IMG/VR virus record: IMGVR_UViG_3300044637_001305
DNA length: 64,000 bases
Reading direction: 5' to 3' (one strand)
Source: an uncultured virus (IMG/VR IMGVR_UViG_3300044637_001305)
Taxonomy: Duplodnaviria; Heunggongvirae; Uroviricota; Caudoviricetes
Both the position numbers and the translations under genes were made by a program. This document shows, in pieces, positions 28,011-36,565 of the stretch. Each line of letters opens with the position of its first letter. Position 1 is the stretch's first letter. Below the pieces are notes generated by a model that was not told where the DNA came from, did no database searches, and saw nothing but the letters and a program-made list of their open reading frames with translations.

Positions 28011-28087
28011 ACTTTAATATAAGAAATTTATTTAATATAATCAATAGGGTATTTATTTTTTTATAAAGTATTATATATTTATAGTAG

Positions 28088-28204
28088 AGTTCATTTTCCC
28101 CACGTAGGGAATTAGTTGTTCAGTCACCCAGGTGGTACGTAAAGTTCAAGATGAATTTAACAACATACATTCTCGATCCCCCTGTTAACGGTGGGGAATT
28201 TTTT
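28088..28204 (+). ncRNA. Candidate structured small RNA
   Basis: TATTTAT 28076-82 with no ORF behind it; TTCCCCAC/GTGGGGAA and GTTGTT/AACAAC pairings; ends in a T run. Confidence 0.4.
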
Positions 28205-28298
28205 AATGCTTATATATTATTATAAGCAGGTTGGAGTCTACCCTCTGCAAGAAGTTGTCCCCCTCTTGAACCCGTCGTCGGAATTACCATAGACAATA

Positions 28299-28330
28299 CA
28301 AAGGTACGGATAATAATTGACATACACAAA
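28299..28330 (-). promoter_or_regulatory. Bacteroidota sigma-A promoter facing left
   Basis: Minus strand TTTG(28330-27)-N20-TACCTTTG(28306-28299). Confidence 0.7.
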
Positions 28331-28613
28331 TAATCCCCCATATATTTTATTAACATGACATATTGACAAAGGGTGGGGTGTGGACAACTATATAACCCCC
28401 CTCTGTTGTTTGGCATACCCCCTCCCCCTTAATATGATGGGGCCCCCTCCCCCCGTATCCTCCCTCTTATATGACATAATGTCAGGGCCAAAAGGGGGAT
28501 CAATCCCCTTTATCAAGTATAAACTTTTTAAAACAAAAAAGGGGGTATATACCTAAAAAAAATTTCTGGAAAATTTTTCAGAAAATCGGGGTATTTATAA
28601 TTAAAATATTATT

Positions 28614-28886
28614 ATGAGAAATAGATTAACAGAATCGGATTTTAATCGTATTGTTAAAAAAATAGTTAATGAAACAAAAGAAAAGGACGATACTAAGTTT
28701 AATAAAAAATGGGTGGGGATGATTAATACCCGATTAAAAAATGGTAACCTAAATTCTGCGTTAGAGATGTCCGAGGACCTTATCGACGACGTAGACGGTA
28801 TGTCAAATGTTGTTAAACATTTAAAAAACGCTAAATCAGAAATAGATAAAGCTAAAGATAAATTAAATAATCTATTAAGTAACTAA
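28614..28886 (+). CDS. Leader-bearing protein
   Basis: TATTTAT 28592-98; MRNRLTESDFNRIVKKIVNE leader. Confidence 0.7.
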   Translation: MRNRLTESDFNRIVKKIVNETKEKDDTKFNKKWVGMINTRLKNGNLNSALEMSEDLIDDVDGMSNVVKHLKNAKSEIDKAKDKLNNLLSN

Positions 28887-28911
28887 CCCCATTCCAACGA
28901 GTGGGTTTTTT
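28885..28911 (+). terminator. Intrinsic terminator
   Basis: CCCATTC-CAAC-GAGTGGG stem-loop followed by a T run. Confidence 0.75.
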
Positions 28912-28996
28912 ATATGTTTATTATCATATAATTGGGAATATATGGTAATTTACATATATTTGTTTTAATGAATAAAGATCCCTTATATTTATTATT

Positions 28997-29302
28997 ATGG
29001 AAAAACAAATTGAATTGGTAATCAAGTCTATTATATTTAAAAAGTTCCCAACATTATATGAAGTTATTGTATATGATATGATGGATAATTACGAATCATT
29101 TAAAAATCAGTCTTTTGTTTGTAAATTTAAATCTGATGAATGTTTATCAATGGAAGAACAAATGGAAATAGATTCTGAAGTTAAATTTTTATTTAATATG
29201 TTGGGGCCTCAAACCAATTCATTTCGTAAACCATCTATCCAATGTTTTTTTGATTGTGGAGAAGGTTATGAATTTCAAAGTGCTTACGGGTATAATCATT
29301 AA
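28997..29302 (+). CDS. Hypothetical protein
   Basis: TATTTAT 28986-92, also preceded by a host-type TATATTTG at 28955-62. Confidence 0.7.
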   Translation: MEKQIELVIKSIIFKKFPTLYEVIVYDMMDNYESFKNQSFVCKFKSDECLSMEEQMEIDSEVKFLFNMLGPQTNSFRKPSIQCFFDCGEGYEFQSAYGYNH

Positions 29303-29409
29303 TTATATCTTTTATACCCCCAAATCTAAAAAAAAATTTCTGGAAAAATTTTGACAAAATCACTTAATTGGTTTATTATTGTGTTAATTAACATTTAAAA
29401 AAAATACAC

Positions 29410-29826
29410 ATGAAACAATTACTGATCTTATTTATGGTTTTTATTAACCTATCCGTTTTTTCTCAATACGCCAAAGTTCCCGATAAAGAACAAATATATG
29501 ATACATTGAGAAATGAAAGTTATTATTTGGACTATGGGTATAAGAATATGTATATTGGTGGAATGGTTACACCCGGAACTGAAATCAGTAAATACGTTAA
29601 ACATCATTATACAGGCATGATCTTATCTTTTGGTGGGGCGGCAATTACTTCCATTGGTTCGTTTTCATATATGAATGGCAATGAATTTTCTGGTGTTGTG
29701 ATTGGTGCTGGTGGTATCTTATCATTAATTGGATTAATATATACATTGGAAGCCCCCATTCATTTAAAAAGGGCCGCATTAATAATGGACAATAACGGTG
29801 TTGGGGTCTCTATTGATTTGGATTAA
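29410..29826 (+). CDS. Exported/membrane protein
   Basis: Signal peptide MKQLLILFMVFINLSVFSQ plus two Gly-rich hydrophobic helices. Confidence 0.7.
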   Translation: MKQLLILFMVFINLSVFSQYAKVPDKEQIYDTLRNESYYLDYGYKNMYIGGMVTPGTEISKYVKHHYTGMILSFGGAAITSIGSFSYMNGNEFSGVVIGAGGILSLIGLIYTLEAPIHLKRAALIMDNNGVGVSIDLD

Positions 29827-29853
29827 TATTTTCTAAAATTTATTCTTAGTCAT

Positions 29854-30111
29854 ATGGAAGATAAAATGTTTGTTGGGGTTTCCGTAACAATTAAAGACGG
29901 TAGATTCTTTTTTGATATAATGGCAGATAAAGGTTTGTCCTTGGAAGATATTCGTTCCATTCTTGTTGGGGGTGTTGCATTATCTATTCGTTCAGAAAAA
30001 ACCCCCGAACTTCAGGCAAAGGTAATGAGAAGTGTTGTCGATCATTTGGAATCTGAATTTATTGACCCTGATTCATTTAAGGATTCGTATGTAGATGATG
30101 ATTTAAAATAA
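29854..30111 (+). CDS. Hypothetical protein
   Basis: 85-aa ORF. Confidence 0.65.
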   Translation: MEDKMFVGVSVTIKDGRFFFDIMADKGLSLEDIRSILVGGVALSIRSEKTPELQAKVMRSVVDHLESEFIDPDSFKDSYVDDDLK

Positions 30112-30116
30112 AAAAA

Positions 30117-30153
30117 TTTTTTCATAACGAACCATCCCCCAGCCCCCTTCCTT
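30117..30153 (+). repeat. 37-bp intergenic direct repeat, copy 1
   Basis: TTTTTTCATAACGAACCATCCCCCAGCCCCCTTCCTT, identical at 31370-31406. Confidence 0.95.
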
Positions 30154-30177
30154 TTTATTTATGATATATTTATTATT

Positions 30178-30651
30178 ATGGAATACACAAAATTTACAGA
30201 CAACCAATTAAAATTAATTATTACTCAATTACAAGAAAGATTTGAGGAAGAAGATGAAGATATCTTTGATGATTATAACTGTTTTAATAATGAAATAACT
30301 GAGATTATAGAAGATGTGGTAAAGTACTTTGGTATTGAAATCAAAAATGGTACTGATTTAAGTTTTTTTATTGCCCTATGTCGATTAAATCCTACAGTAG
30401 AAGGAGAAATTAAAAGACCTCAACATAACACTTTTGATGTCTTTCATCAGGAAGTTGCTCATCTAAGTAAAACAACAACATTTAAACAAACAATTGGTTC
30501 TTTTTTAGATCTTGATGAGGATATATTATCTTCTATGAGGGATGGTGATTATTACATCTATTATGAAGGGGATGTTGTTGATGAAGAAGAGCACGCATAT
30601 GAGGTGTCAGATGAAAATGTTACTAATATAAAAAAATGGAAGAAAAAATAA
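30178..30651 (+). CDS. Acidic protein, paralog of 37716
   Basis: TATTTAT 30167-73; shared L.LII..L, KY.GI, NP and Y(Y/W)EG pattern. Confidence 0.7.
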   Translation: MEYTKFTDNQLKLIITQLQERFEEEDEDIFDDYNCFNNEITEIIEDVVKYFGIEIKNGTDLSFFIALCRLNPTVEGEIKRPQHNTFDVFHQEVAHLSKTTTFKQTIGSFLDLDEDILSSMRDGDYYIYYEGDVVDEEEHAYEVSDENVTNIKKWKKK

Positions 30652-30660
30652 AACCCATTA

Positions 30661-31350
30661 ATGACAGACATTGAAGTAAATAAAATTGTAAAACTTTGTT
30701 ATAATCAGTTTTTGGAAAAGACCTATGATTTTAATGGGTTAACTTTAAGACCTGTTTTATATGATGGTAGAAATGGATATGAAATATTTTGGGAAGTAGA
30801 AAATAAAAATAACCTATCTTGTAACGAAACTGTTGTTGTTGATTTTATTCACGATATAATATCTGAGTTTTCATTACTTGTTAGCAATCGTGAAAATAAT
30901 GTATATAGAGATTATTGGAAAAGACTTTGTAAGATATCTACAGACATTTTCCCTAAAGGAGGGATGTATATTAACGGTAAGGATAGAAAAAAATTAAATG
31001 ATATATTATTTAATATATCTGAAATAGATTATAAAAAATTTCGATGCGATATTGATTTCATGGATTTTATTATCGATGGGTCCAGAGGGGAAGATATATA
31101 CTTTAATTATAAATGTCTAATGACTAACGTAGTTTATAAAGGTAAAGAGTTGGAAGATTTTAGTGATGAATATGAAACTGCTATTTGTGAAATTTTTTAT
31201 GATGAAAGTTTTCAGGATTATCAGTATGATTTAATGAGACCCTTTACAAGGGAAATTGTAATTAACCCCCTTTTGTTTGATAATACATATATGTATTTAA
31301 CAAATGATTTTGAGACAAAAGATGAAAAGGGAAAATCGATTCTTTGTTAA
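30661..31350 (+). CDS. Hypothetical protein, distant paralog of 41019
   Basis: F.GL...(W/F)E..N.N..S pattern shared with 41019. Confidence 0.65.
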   Translation: MTDIEVNKIVKLCYNQFLEKTYDFNGLTLRPVLYDGRNGYEIFWEVENKNNLSCNETVVVDFIHDIISEFSLLVSNRENNVYRDYWKRLCKISTDIFPKGGMYINGKDRKKLNDILFNISEIDYKKFRCDIDFMDFIIDGSRGEDIYFNYKCLMTNVVYKGKELEDFSDEYETAICEIFYDESFQDYQYDLMRPFTREIVINPLLFDNTYMYLTNDFETKDEKGKSILC

Positions 31351-31369
31351 ATCATTATTTCTAAAAAAT

Positions 31370-31406
31370 TTTTTTCATAACGAACCATCCCCCAGCCCCC
31401 TTCCTT
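31370..31406 (+). repeat. 37-bp intergenic direct repeat, copy 2
   Basis: Identical to 30117-30153. Confidence 0.95.
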
Positions 31407-31435
31407 AATTTAATTTTTCATATATTTATCTTTAT

Positions 31436-32161
31436 ATGAAAATCATTATCACAGAATCTCAACATAGAACTTTATTGGAGTCCACCAATAATCAAAAATC
31501 TGATGTGGAAAATTTAATTTATGGTTTTTTGCAAGATGACTTTTATCCCGATTATAATTGGGGTCCAGAGTTATTTGATTTTTATCGTGAGGATGTTGAA
31601 CAATATGGGTCGGTCCCATTTTATATAAACGACTCTGAAGGTTATGTTTATTACGATGATGGGACTTTGGAAATTATGCCATGGGTTTGTAAAAAATTAA
31701 ATGATTATTTTAATGACCTTTGGGTTCCGGTATTTAAAGGTTGGTTTGAAGAACATTCTGGATTGAAAGTAGATAGAATTGTTGACTCATCGGACAATAA
31801 TGTATTGTTAAGTGAATCCGTTAATAATTCTAATGTTGTTGAACAAATAATGGAGGTTGAGGGAATTAAATTGGATTCATTTGGGTATGGTGGAAGAACC
31901 CGTGATAGTTTTATGAGAAGACATGATTCCGTTGACGTATATTTTAAATTAACTGATGATGATTACTTCTATAAAAGAAGGATTCATTTTTTAACAAGAA
32001 ATAATAAAGTTATTGGTGTTGATAGCTCAGGGGATTTTAGAACTATTACTGATGGATTTAGATATATCCCTACTGAGGTATTAATGCCTTATTTTATTGA
32101 AAAGGCCAAAACTTATCTTGAAAGGATTTTACCTTATGAATATCCTAATGACAATAAATAA
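31436..32161 (+). CDS. Leader-bearing two-module protein
   Basis: TATTTAT 31423-29; MKIIITESQHRTLLE leader; internal LLSES junction. Confidence 0.75.
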   Translation: MKIIITESQHRTLLESTNNQKSDVENLIYGFLQDDFYPDYNWGPELFDFYREDVEQYGSVPFYINDSEGYVYYDDGTLEIMPWVCKKLNDYFNDLWVPVFKGWFEEHSGLKVDRIVDSSDNNVLLSESVNNSNVVEQIMEVEGIKLDSFGYGGRTRDSFMRRHDSVDVYFKLTDDDYFYKRRIHFLTRNNKVIGVDSSGDFRTITDGFRYIPTEVLMPYFIEKAKTYLERILPYEYPNDNK

Positions 32162-32200
32162 ATAATCCCCCCTATTTATTCTTGATTGTGTAATATTTAT
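32161..32200 (+). repeat. 40-bp promoter-containing direct repeat, copy 1
   Basis: 39/40 identical to 32815-32854; ends in TATTTAT. Confidence 0.95.
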
Positions 32201-32205
32201 TTAAT

Positions 32206-32811
32206 ATGAAAAAAGTATTATTGGAAGACATTAAAAGAATAACTTCTTTGATGTACGGAGGAAAAAAAATCATATTGGAAAGATTCTCAAAAGAAATTAA
32301 AAGTTACTTTGAGCAAAATGACTTTTGGAAAGGTGTTTTTCCACATAGTGGTGGGTATACAAATGAATTTTTTAGACCGATAAAAAGTACTTATGAAAAA
32401 TCAACCGATATACATATGTTTCAATTTATGCTACAAACCGAAAATCCACAATATGACTTGGATGGTTGGGATATGAACACTTATATTGGTACTAACAAGG
32501 CAAGAGCCCTTGTTGTGGCAAAAGACCCACTCTCAACTGACGTTAATCTTAAAGTACAAAGAAACCCCACAAATTGGGAAACTTACGTTTTTTTAAGTAA
32601 ATGGAATTATAATCAATCTACGGCAAATATGGTTCAAAAACAATATCCAAATTTACAGTTTTCTGAAGAATGTTTGGCCGATAATAAACAGGTTTTTTGT
32701 TTGACAGGAACAATGACAAAAGAACAAGTTGTTCAGGTTGCAAATTATTTGGAAGAAGCAAATTGGGCTAAATTGGATATTGCCAATCCTGAAAAAACAA
32801 ACGTCACATAA
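32206..32811 (+). CDS. Leader-bearing protein
   Basis: MKKVLLEDIKRITSLMYGGKKIILE leader. Confidence 0.75.
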   Translation: MKKVLLEDIKRITSLMYGGKKIILERFSKEIKSYFEQNDFWKGVFPHSGGYTNEFFRPIKSTYEKSTDIHMFQFMLQTENPQYDLDGWDMNTYIGTNKARALVVAKDPLSTDVNLKVQRNPTNWETYVFLSKWNYNQSTANMVQKQYPNLQFSEECLADNKQVFCLTGTMTKEQVVQVANYLEEANWAKLDIANPEKTNVT

Positions 32812-32814
32812 AAA

Positions 32815-32854
32815 AATAATCCCACCTATTTATTCTTGATTGTGTAATATTTAT
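32815..32854 (+). repeat. 40-bp promoter-containing direct repeat, copy 2
   Basis: 39/40 identical to 32161-32200. Confidence 0.95.
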
Positions 32855-32860
32855 ATTAAT

Positions 32861-33646
32861 ATGAAAATCATAATTACAGAATCACAACTTAAACAATTAA
32901 CTGAAATGGATTTTAGAAATCTTGATGAAATCATAAAGTTTGGTGAGTTTTCTGAACATTTCAAAAAAGAAGATTTAAAAAAAATTAATAAGTTTTTACT
33001 TCTTATTAGAAAACTTGGCGTTGTTAATATGTTTCAAGCTGGGGATTTCTTTTTAATGTCAATTGAATATTTTAGAGATTTTATGAAATTAAAATCTTAT
33101 GAAAGAGAGTATGACGAAGATATTGTTTCTGAAATTGAGGAAATGATGCCAGACATTAGTAGTATTATAATTGGGGCTGGAATTAATTTAGTTGAAAAAA
33201 ATAATATAGAAATTACACCAAAAAGTGTTGAGAACGCAATTAAAAGATTGGTTTCAAGTATAATGAAATATTATATGACTCAAAATTTGCCAAACGTAAA
33301 TGAATCATATGATAAGGCAAAAAACTTTTTGGAAGATAATTTCGGTTTTAATTTTTCTGGTCGTATAAAACAAATAACATCAATTTATGATGTTCCAATT
33401 AGTTTTGATGAATGTTTTGGTTCCGAATCGGTTAAACTATGGTTAAACTATTTTGGTCCTATGTATCTTTTTGAACTTGATAATGTTAAATACCTTTATC
33501 AAGATAGAGGTGAGTTTGAATGGTTTATGGATGAATATTGTAATGACTATGTTGACAATGAAATTCCTGAAAAACTTGGAATTGCTGAAATGGGATTTAA
33601 GTTTTCTGATATATTGGATATGTATTTTGAAGATGAGGGAGAATAA
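32861..33646 (+). CDS. Leader-bearing two-module protein
   Basis: Start re-assigned to ATG 32861; MKIIITESQLKQLTE leader; internal VNES junction. Confidence 0.75.
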   Translation: MKIIITESQLKQLTEMDFRNLDEIIKFGEFSEHFKKEDLKKINKFLLLIRKLGVVNMFQAGDFFLMSIEYFRDFMKLKSYEREYDEDIVSEIEEMMPDISSIIIGAGINLVEKNNIEITPKSVENAIKRLVSSIMKYYMTQNLPNVNESYDKAKNFLEDNFGFNFSGRIKQITSIYDVPISFDECFGSESVKLWLNYFGPMYLFELDNVKYLYQDRGEFEWFMDEYCNDYVDNEIPEKLGIAEMGFKFSDILDMYFEDEGE

Positions 33647-33711
33647 ATAAATTATAGTATGAAAAAAATGATTTTTATCACTTTAAACATATTTATAACT
33701 AAAATAATATT

Positions 33712-34425
33712 ATGCAAAATTTAAACGAACACATTAATAGAATGAAACAACTATTTGGTGCCCAACATGGTATCATTAAACCTCTTGTTAATGAACAAGA
33801 TTTTGGGGATGAAGATGATTTAATTAACAAATATTCTGACGATAACGATTATGGTACATCAGATGATGCAAAAAACAATACTCCACAAGGACCAAGTCAA
33901 TATAAAAAAAACGAACCACTTTTTGGTGATGAGGGGAATGAAATGATTAATAAACCAGGTAGCGGAAAAAACATTCAATCGTCTGTTGATATGACAATTA
34001 AAAATTTAACTTCAGGTAATGTTGAAAAACCAACAAATACTTTATATGAAGATGAAGATGCATATCAAATATTGCAAAGTAAAATAGATGACCCAACCGC
34101 AAATTTAGAATTTGATATAAAAACTTACGGATATTTTGTATCGGCAATGGCAAAAAAAGATAATTATAACGCATATGATGGTCTTGAAATTAGTTTTGAA
34201 TTACCTTTTGTTGTAACGTCTTTGGAAGAAGGAGATAAAAATGATAATTTGGTATCTAATATTGATAGACAAGTCAGTGGAGATAAAACAAAAATTAAAA
34301 TAAATGCAAAAATACCAGAATCTATGTCTTTTTTCGGACTTTGGTTAAAAGGAAAAACAGATATACCAAGCCCATTAAAAGAAGGAGAATTCAACCGAGT
34401 AGCAATAGCAATTAGATTTCGTTAA
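33712..34425 (+). CDS. Leader-bearing protein
   Basis: TATTTAT 33690-96; MQNLNEHINRMKQLFG...LVNE leader. Confidence 0.75.
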   Translation: MQNLNEHINRMKQLFGAQHGIIKPLVNEQDFGDEDDLINKYSDDNDYGTSDDAKNNTPQGPSQYKKNEPLFGDEGNEMINKPGSGKNIQSSVDMTIKNLTSGNVEKPTNTLYEDEDAYQILQSKIDDPTANLEFDIKTYGYFVSAMAKKDNYNAYDGLEISFELPFVVTSLEEGDKNDNLVSNIDRQVSGDKTKIKINAKIPESMSFFGLWLKGKTDIPSPLKEGEFNRVAIAIRFR

Positions 34426-34445
34426 TTTTAAAAATAAAATTTAAT

Positions 34446-34473
34446 AACCCCATCTCATCAAGTGGGGTTTTTT
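34446..34473 (+). terminator. Intrinsic terminator
   Basis: AACCCCA/TGGGGTT stem followed by a T run. Confidence 0.75.
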
Positions 34474-34501
34474 ATTTAATTTTATTTTTTTATTATTGGG
34501 T

Positions 34502-35014
34502 ATGTGCGATAGTTACCAACCAAATTACTTACCAAGAGTTAGTAGACCCTTTTCTAATTTAAAATACCCATTTCAATATTATCATAGATTGATTGAAGAA
34601 TTTTTTTCTTTTATGTATGAAGGAATTGATTTTAGAATTATCCCATATAGAGAGGGATATGAGATATTGATATTAGATGTTAATCCATATGAACTTTACC
34701 ACCCATCTACTTTTGATCCATCTTATAAAGTAAAGACGGGTGAAGATTTTAAACACATAACACAATTTGAATTTTTTGAAACCTTTTATTCATATATTCC
34801 CGATATTGTTCCATATCTAAAATTTAAACTTATTGCACCAAGAGATTATTATTCCTCTGTTTATAATGTTGATTATAATGGTTGTTTTAAAGAATTTGAT
34901 TTAAATGAGTTTTATAACAGAGAAGAAAGTGTTAGACAATACCGAAGAAATGAATATAATATTGAAAATAGACCAATAAACAATATGGTTAGATATGATG
35001 AATTTGTTTGGTGA
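34502..35014 (+). CDS. Hypothetical Tyr/Phe-rich protein
   Basis: ~170-aa ORF. Confidence 0.65.
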   Translation: MCDSYQPNYLPRVSRPFSNLKYPFQYYHRLIEEFFSFMYEGIDFRIIPYREGYEILILDVNPYELYHPSTFDPSYKVKTGEDFKHITQFEFFETFYSYIPDIVPYLKFKLIAPRDYYSSVYNVDYNGCFKEFDLNEFYNREESVRQYRRNEYNIENRPINNMVRYDEFVW

Positions 35015-35041
35015 TAATATTTATATATAAAATATAATATT

Positions 35042-35578
35042 ATGAGAAAAATTTTAATAACGGAATCAGAAAAAAAAAGAATAATTAATCTATATAACAG
35101 AAAAATAAATAAATTTTATCTAAAAGAAGGTAATGGATGTCTTTGTGCCGATGGTAGTGTAAGTGAATCATGTTGTAAACCAACATCAGCACCAACAAAA
35201 ACTGAAGTGACTGATGAAGAAAAACAAGAAATTTTGCTTAAAGCAGAAATACTTAAAAGAAAGGAAGACGAACTTAAAAACCAACAAATTGAACAAGAAA
35301 AAAAGACAAAAATAGAATCAATACAAAAACAATTGGATCAGACGTATAATGATATTTTGTCAAAACCAAAAATGGATAAGTATCAGCAAAAGATTTTTGA
35401 TGATAGAATCAAATTATTACAAAATGAATTGAGTGGATTGAAAGGTATACCCAACTCATCAAGTAACGAACCACAAAAAAGAAGTGCAGATCAAAAAGTA
35501 AGTGCTTGGGTTAGTGTTGCTAGTTCTATGTTAGCTTTATTTACCACACTATCAAATAGTTTCAAAAAACAACAATAA
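35042..35578 (+). CDS. Leader-bearing coiled-coil protein with hydrophobic C-terminus
   Basis: TATTTAT 35018-24; MRKILITESEKKRIINLY...LKE leader; CLC.DG....CC micro-module. Confidence 0.7.
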   Translation: MRKILITESEKKRIINLYNRKINKFYLKEGNGCLCADGSVSESCCKPTSAPTKTEVTDEEKQEILLKAEILKRKEDELKNQQIEQEKKTKIESIQKQLDQTYNDILSKPKMDKYQQKIFDDRIKLLQNELSGLKGIPNSSSNEPQKRSADQKVSAWVSVASSMLALFTTLSNSFKKQQ

Positions 35579-35586
35579 CATAATAT

Positions 35587-35778
35587 ATGAGAAAAGTTAG
35601 AAGAAGAAAAAACCATATGAACATCATGGTTTTAAATGAAGAAAATCAAATTGAGATTGTTCATGTCCCAAATCATTTGGCCGATGAATATATGAGAAAA
35701 TACAATTTGATGACAGTACAAACAAAAGATGAGATCTATGATTTTTTACTTGACCATAACAGTCTAAAAGTTAAATGA
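35587..35778 (+). CDS. Small hypothetical protein
   Basis: 63 aa, overlapping the next start. Confidence 0.6.
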   Translation: MRKVRRRKNHMNIMVLNEENQIEIVHVPNHLADEYMRKYNLMTVQTKDEIYDFLLDHNSLKVK

Positions 35779-36002
35779 TAGAACAACTTAAAAAGGTTTT
35801 AACGGTTGCTTTAGAGGAAAAATATCCTGAAGTAAAAAACATCATTCTCGTACCAAACGAATACGTTCCAAACAAATTTGATTGTGTGTTAAATATTGAT
35901 TACGAAGACTTTTTAAATATGGATGCAGAAGAGCTGAAAATTTTAATAAAAGATTATGCGAGATACTTGGGGGCAAAAATAGATACGGTTGTGTTCTATT
36001 GA
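35775..36002 (+). CDS. Small hypothetical protein
   Basis: 75 aa with ATGA overlap. Confidence 0.6.
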   Translation: MIEQLKKVLTVALEEKYPEVKNIILVPNEYVPNKFDCVLNIDYEDFLNMDAEELKILIKDYARYLGAKIDTVVFY

Positions 36003-36053
36003 TTTTTTACTTTTAGTTAATATTTATAAAAAAAGAAAAACATTTTTTTACTA

Positions 36054-36488
36054 ATGCACACAAACGAAGAACAATCACAATTAAATAAATTTTTAGAACA
36101 CGAAACATTTACGATGGACACCGATTTTTTTGTTGTGGATCCAAAATTTGAATTTGAATATAAGTTTAAATTAGTTGGTACTAAAAAAATGATAAGTGTT
36201 GGTGAGTACTATGACTATATAAGAGTATATGTTACTATTGTTGATGGGGAAGATAGGTTTAAAAAACTTCTTAGTATCCTTGGTAATGTTCAAAAAATAA
36301 ATGAACCAATTTTTTTGGGTAATTTTTTAAAAAATGAATATAGATTTAATAATCAATTAACTAATGATATTTCAAATAATTTGAAATATTTTTCTGATGG
36401 TAAAGATCATGTCAGAGTACAGATTGAATATATTACTTTATCTGATAAATTTTTTAATGAAGTTAAAAATATTGATTTAAATTTATAA
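36054..36488 (+). CDS. Hypothetical protein
   Basis: TATTTAT 36021-27. Confidence 0.7.
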   Translation: MHTNEEQSQLNKFLEHETFTMDTDFFVVDPKFEFEYKFKLVGTKKMISVGEYYDYIRVYVTIVDGEDRFKKLLSILGNVQKINEPIFLGNFLKNEYRFNNQLTNDISNNLKYFSDGKDHVRVQIEYITLSDKFFNEVKNIDLNL

Positions 36489-36489
36489 A

Positions 36490-36565
36490 GATACGGTTTA
36501 GGGCCGCTATTGCTACGGCAATAAAAACCCCCATAAGTGTCGCTACCTGTGGGGGTTTATTTTTT
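36490..36565 (+). ncRNA. Three-hairpin structured element; the last hairpin doubles as a bidirectional terminator
   Basis: CGGTT-TAG-GGCCG; TATTGC-TACG-GCAATA; AAACCCCCATA/TGTGGGGGTTT. Confidence 0.5.

Larger units (their letters stand above)
25910..28610. other. Largely non-coding region, candidate replication origin or genome end
   Basis: Only three short ORFs in 2.7 kb; C- and G-tracts; TGACA-N3-TGACA repeats; several hairpins. Confidence 0.5.

Noticed and set aside
25910..28610. tRNA genes or a group I intron in the non-coding region
   Set aside because: No cloverleaf with a T-loop GTTCRA and matching acceptor stem was found, and no interrupted host gene flanks the EndoVII ORF.
30117..32854. 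37-bp and 40-bp direct repeats as a CRISPR array
   Set aside because: Only two copies each, separated by 0.6-1.2 kb of whole genes rather than 30-40 nt spacers; no cas genes in the window.
36490..36560. Pistol ribozyme or SAM-II riboswitch
   Set aside because: The first hairpin resembles pistol P1 (loop TTAGGG), but the CCCTAA pseudoknot partner and conserved linker are missing. SAM-II-like words occur only on the opposite strand and in the wrong order.
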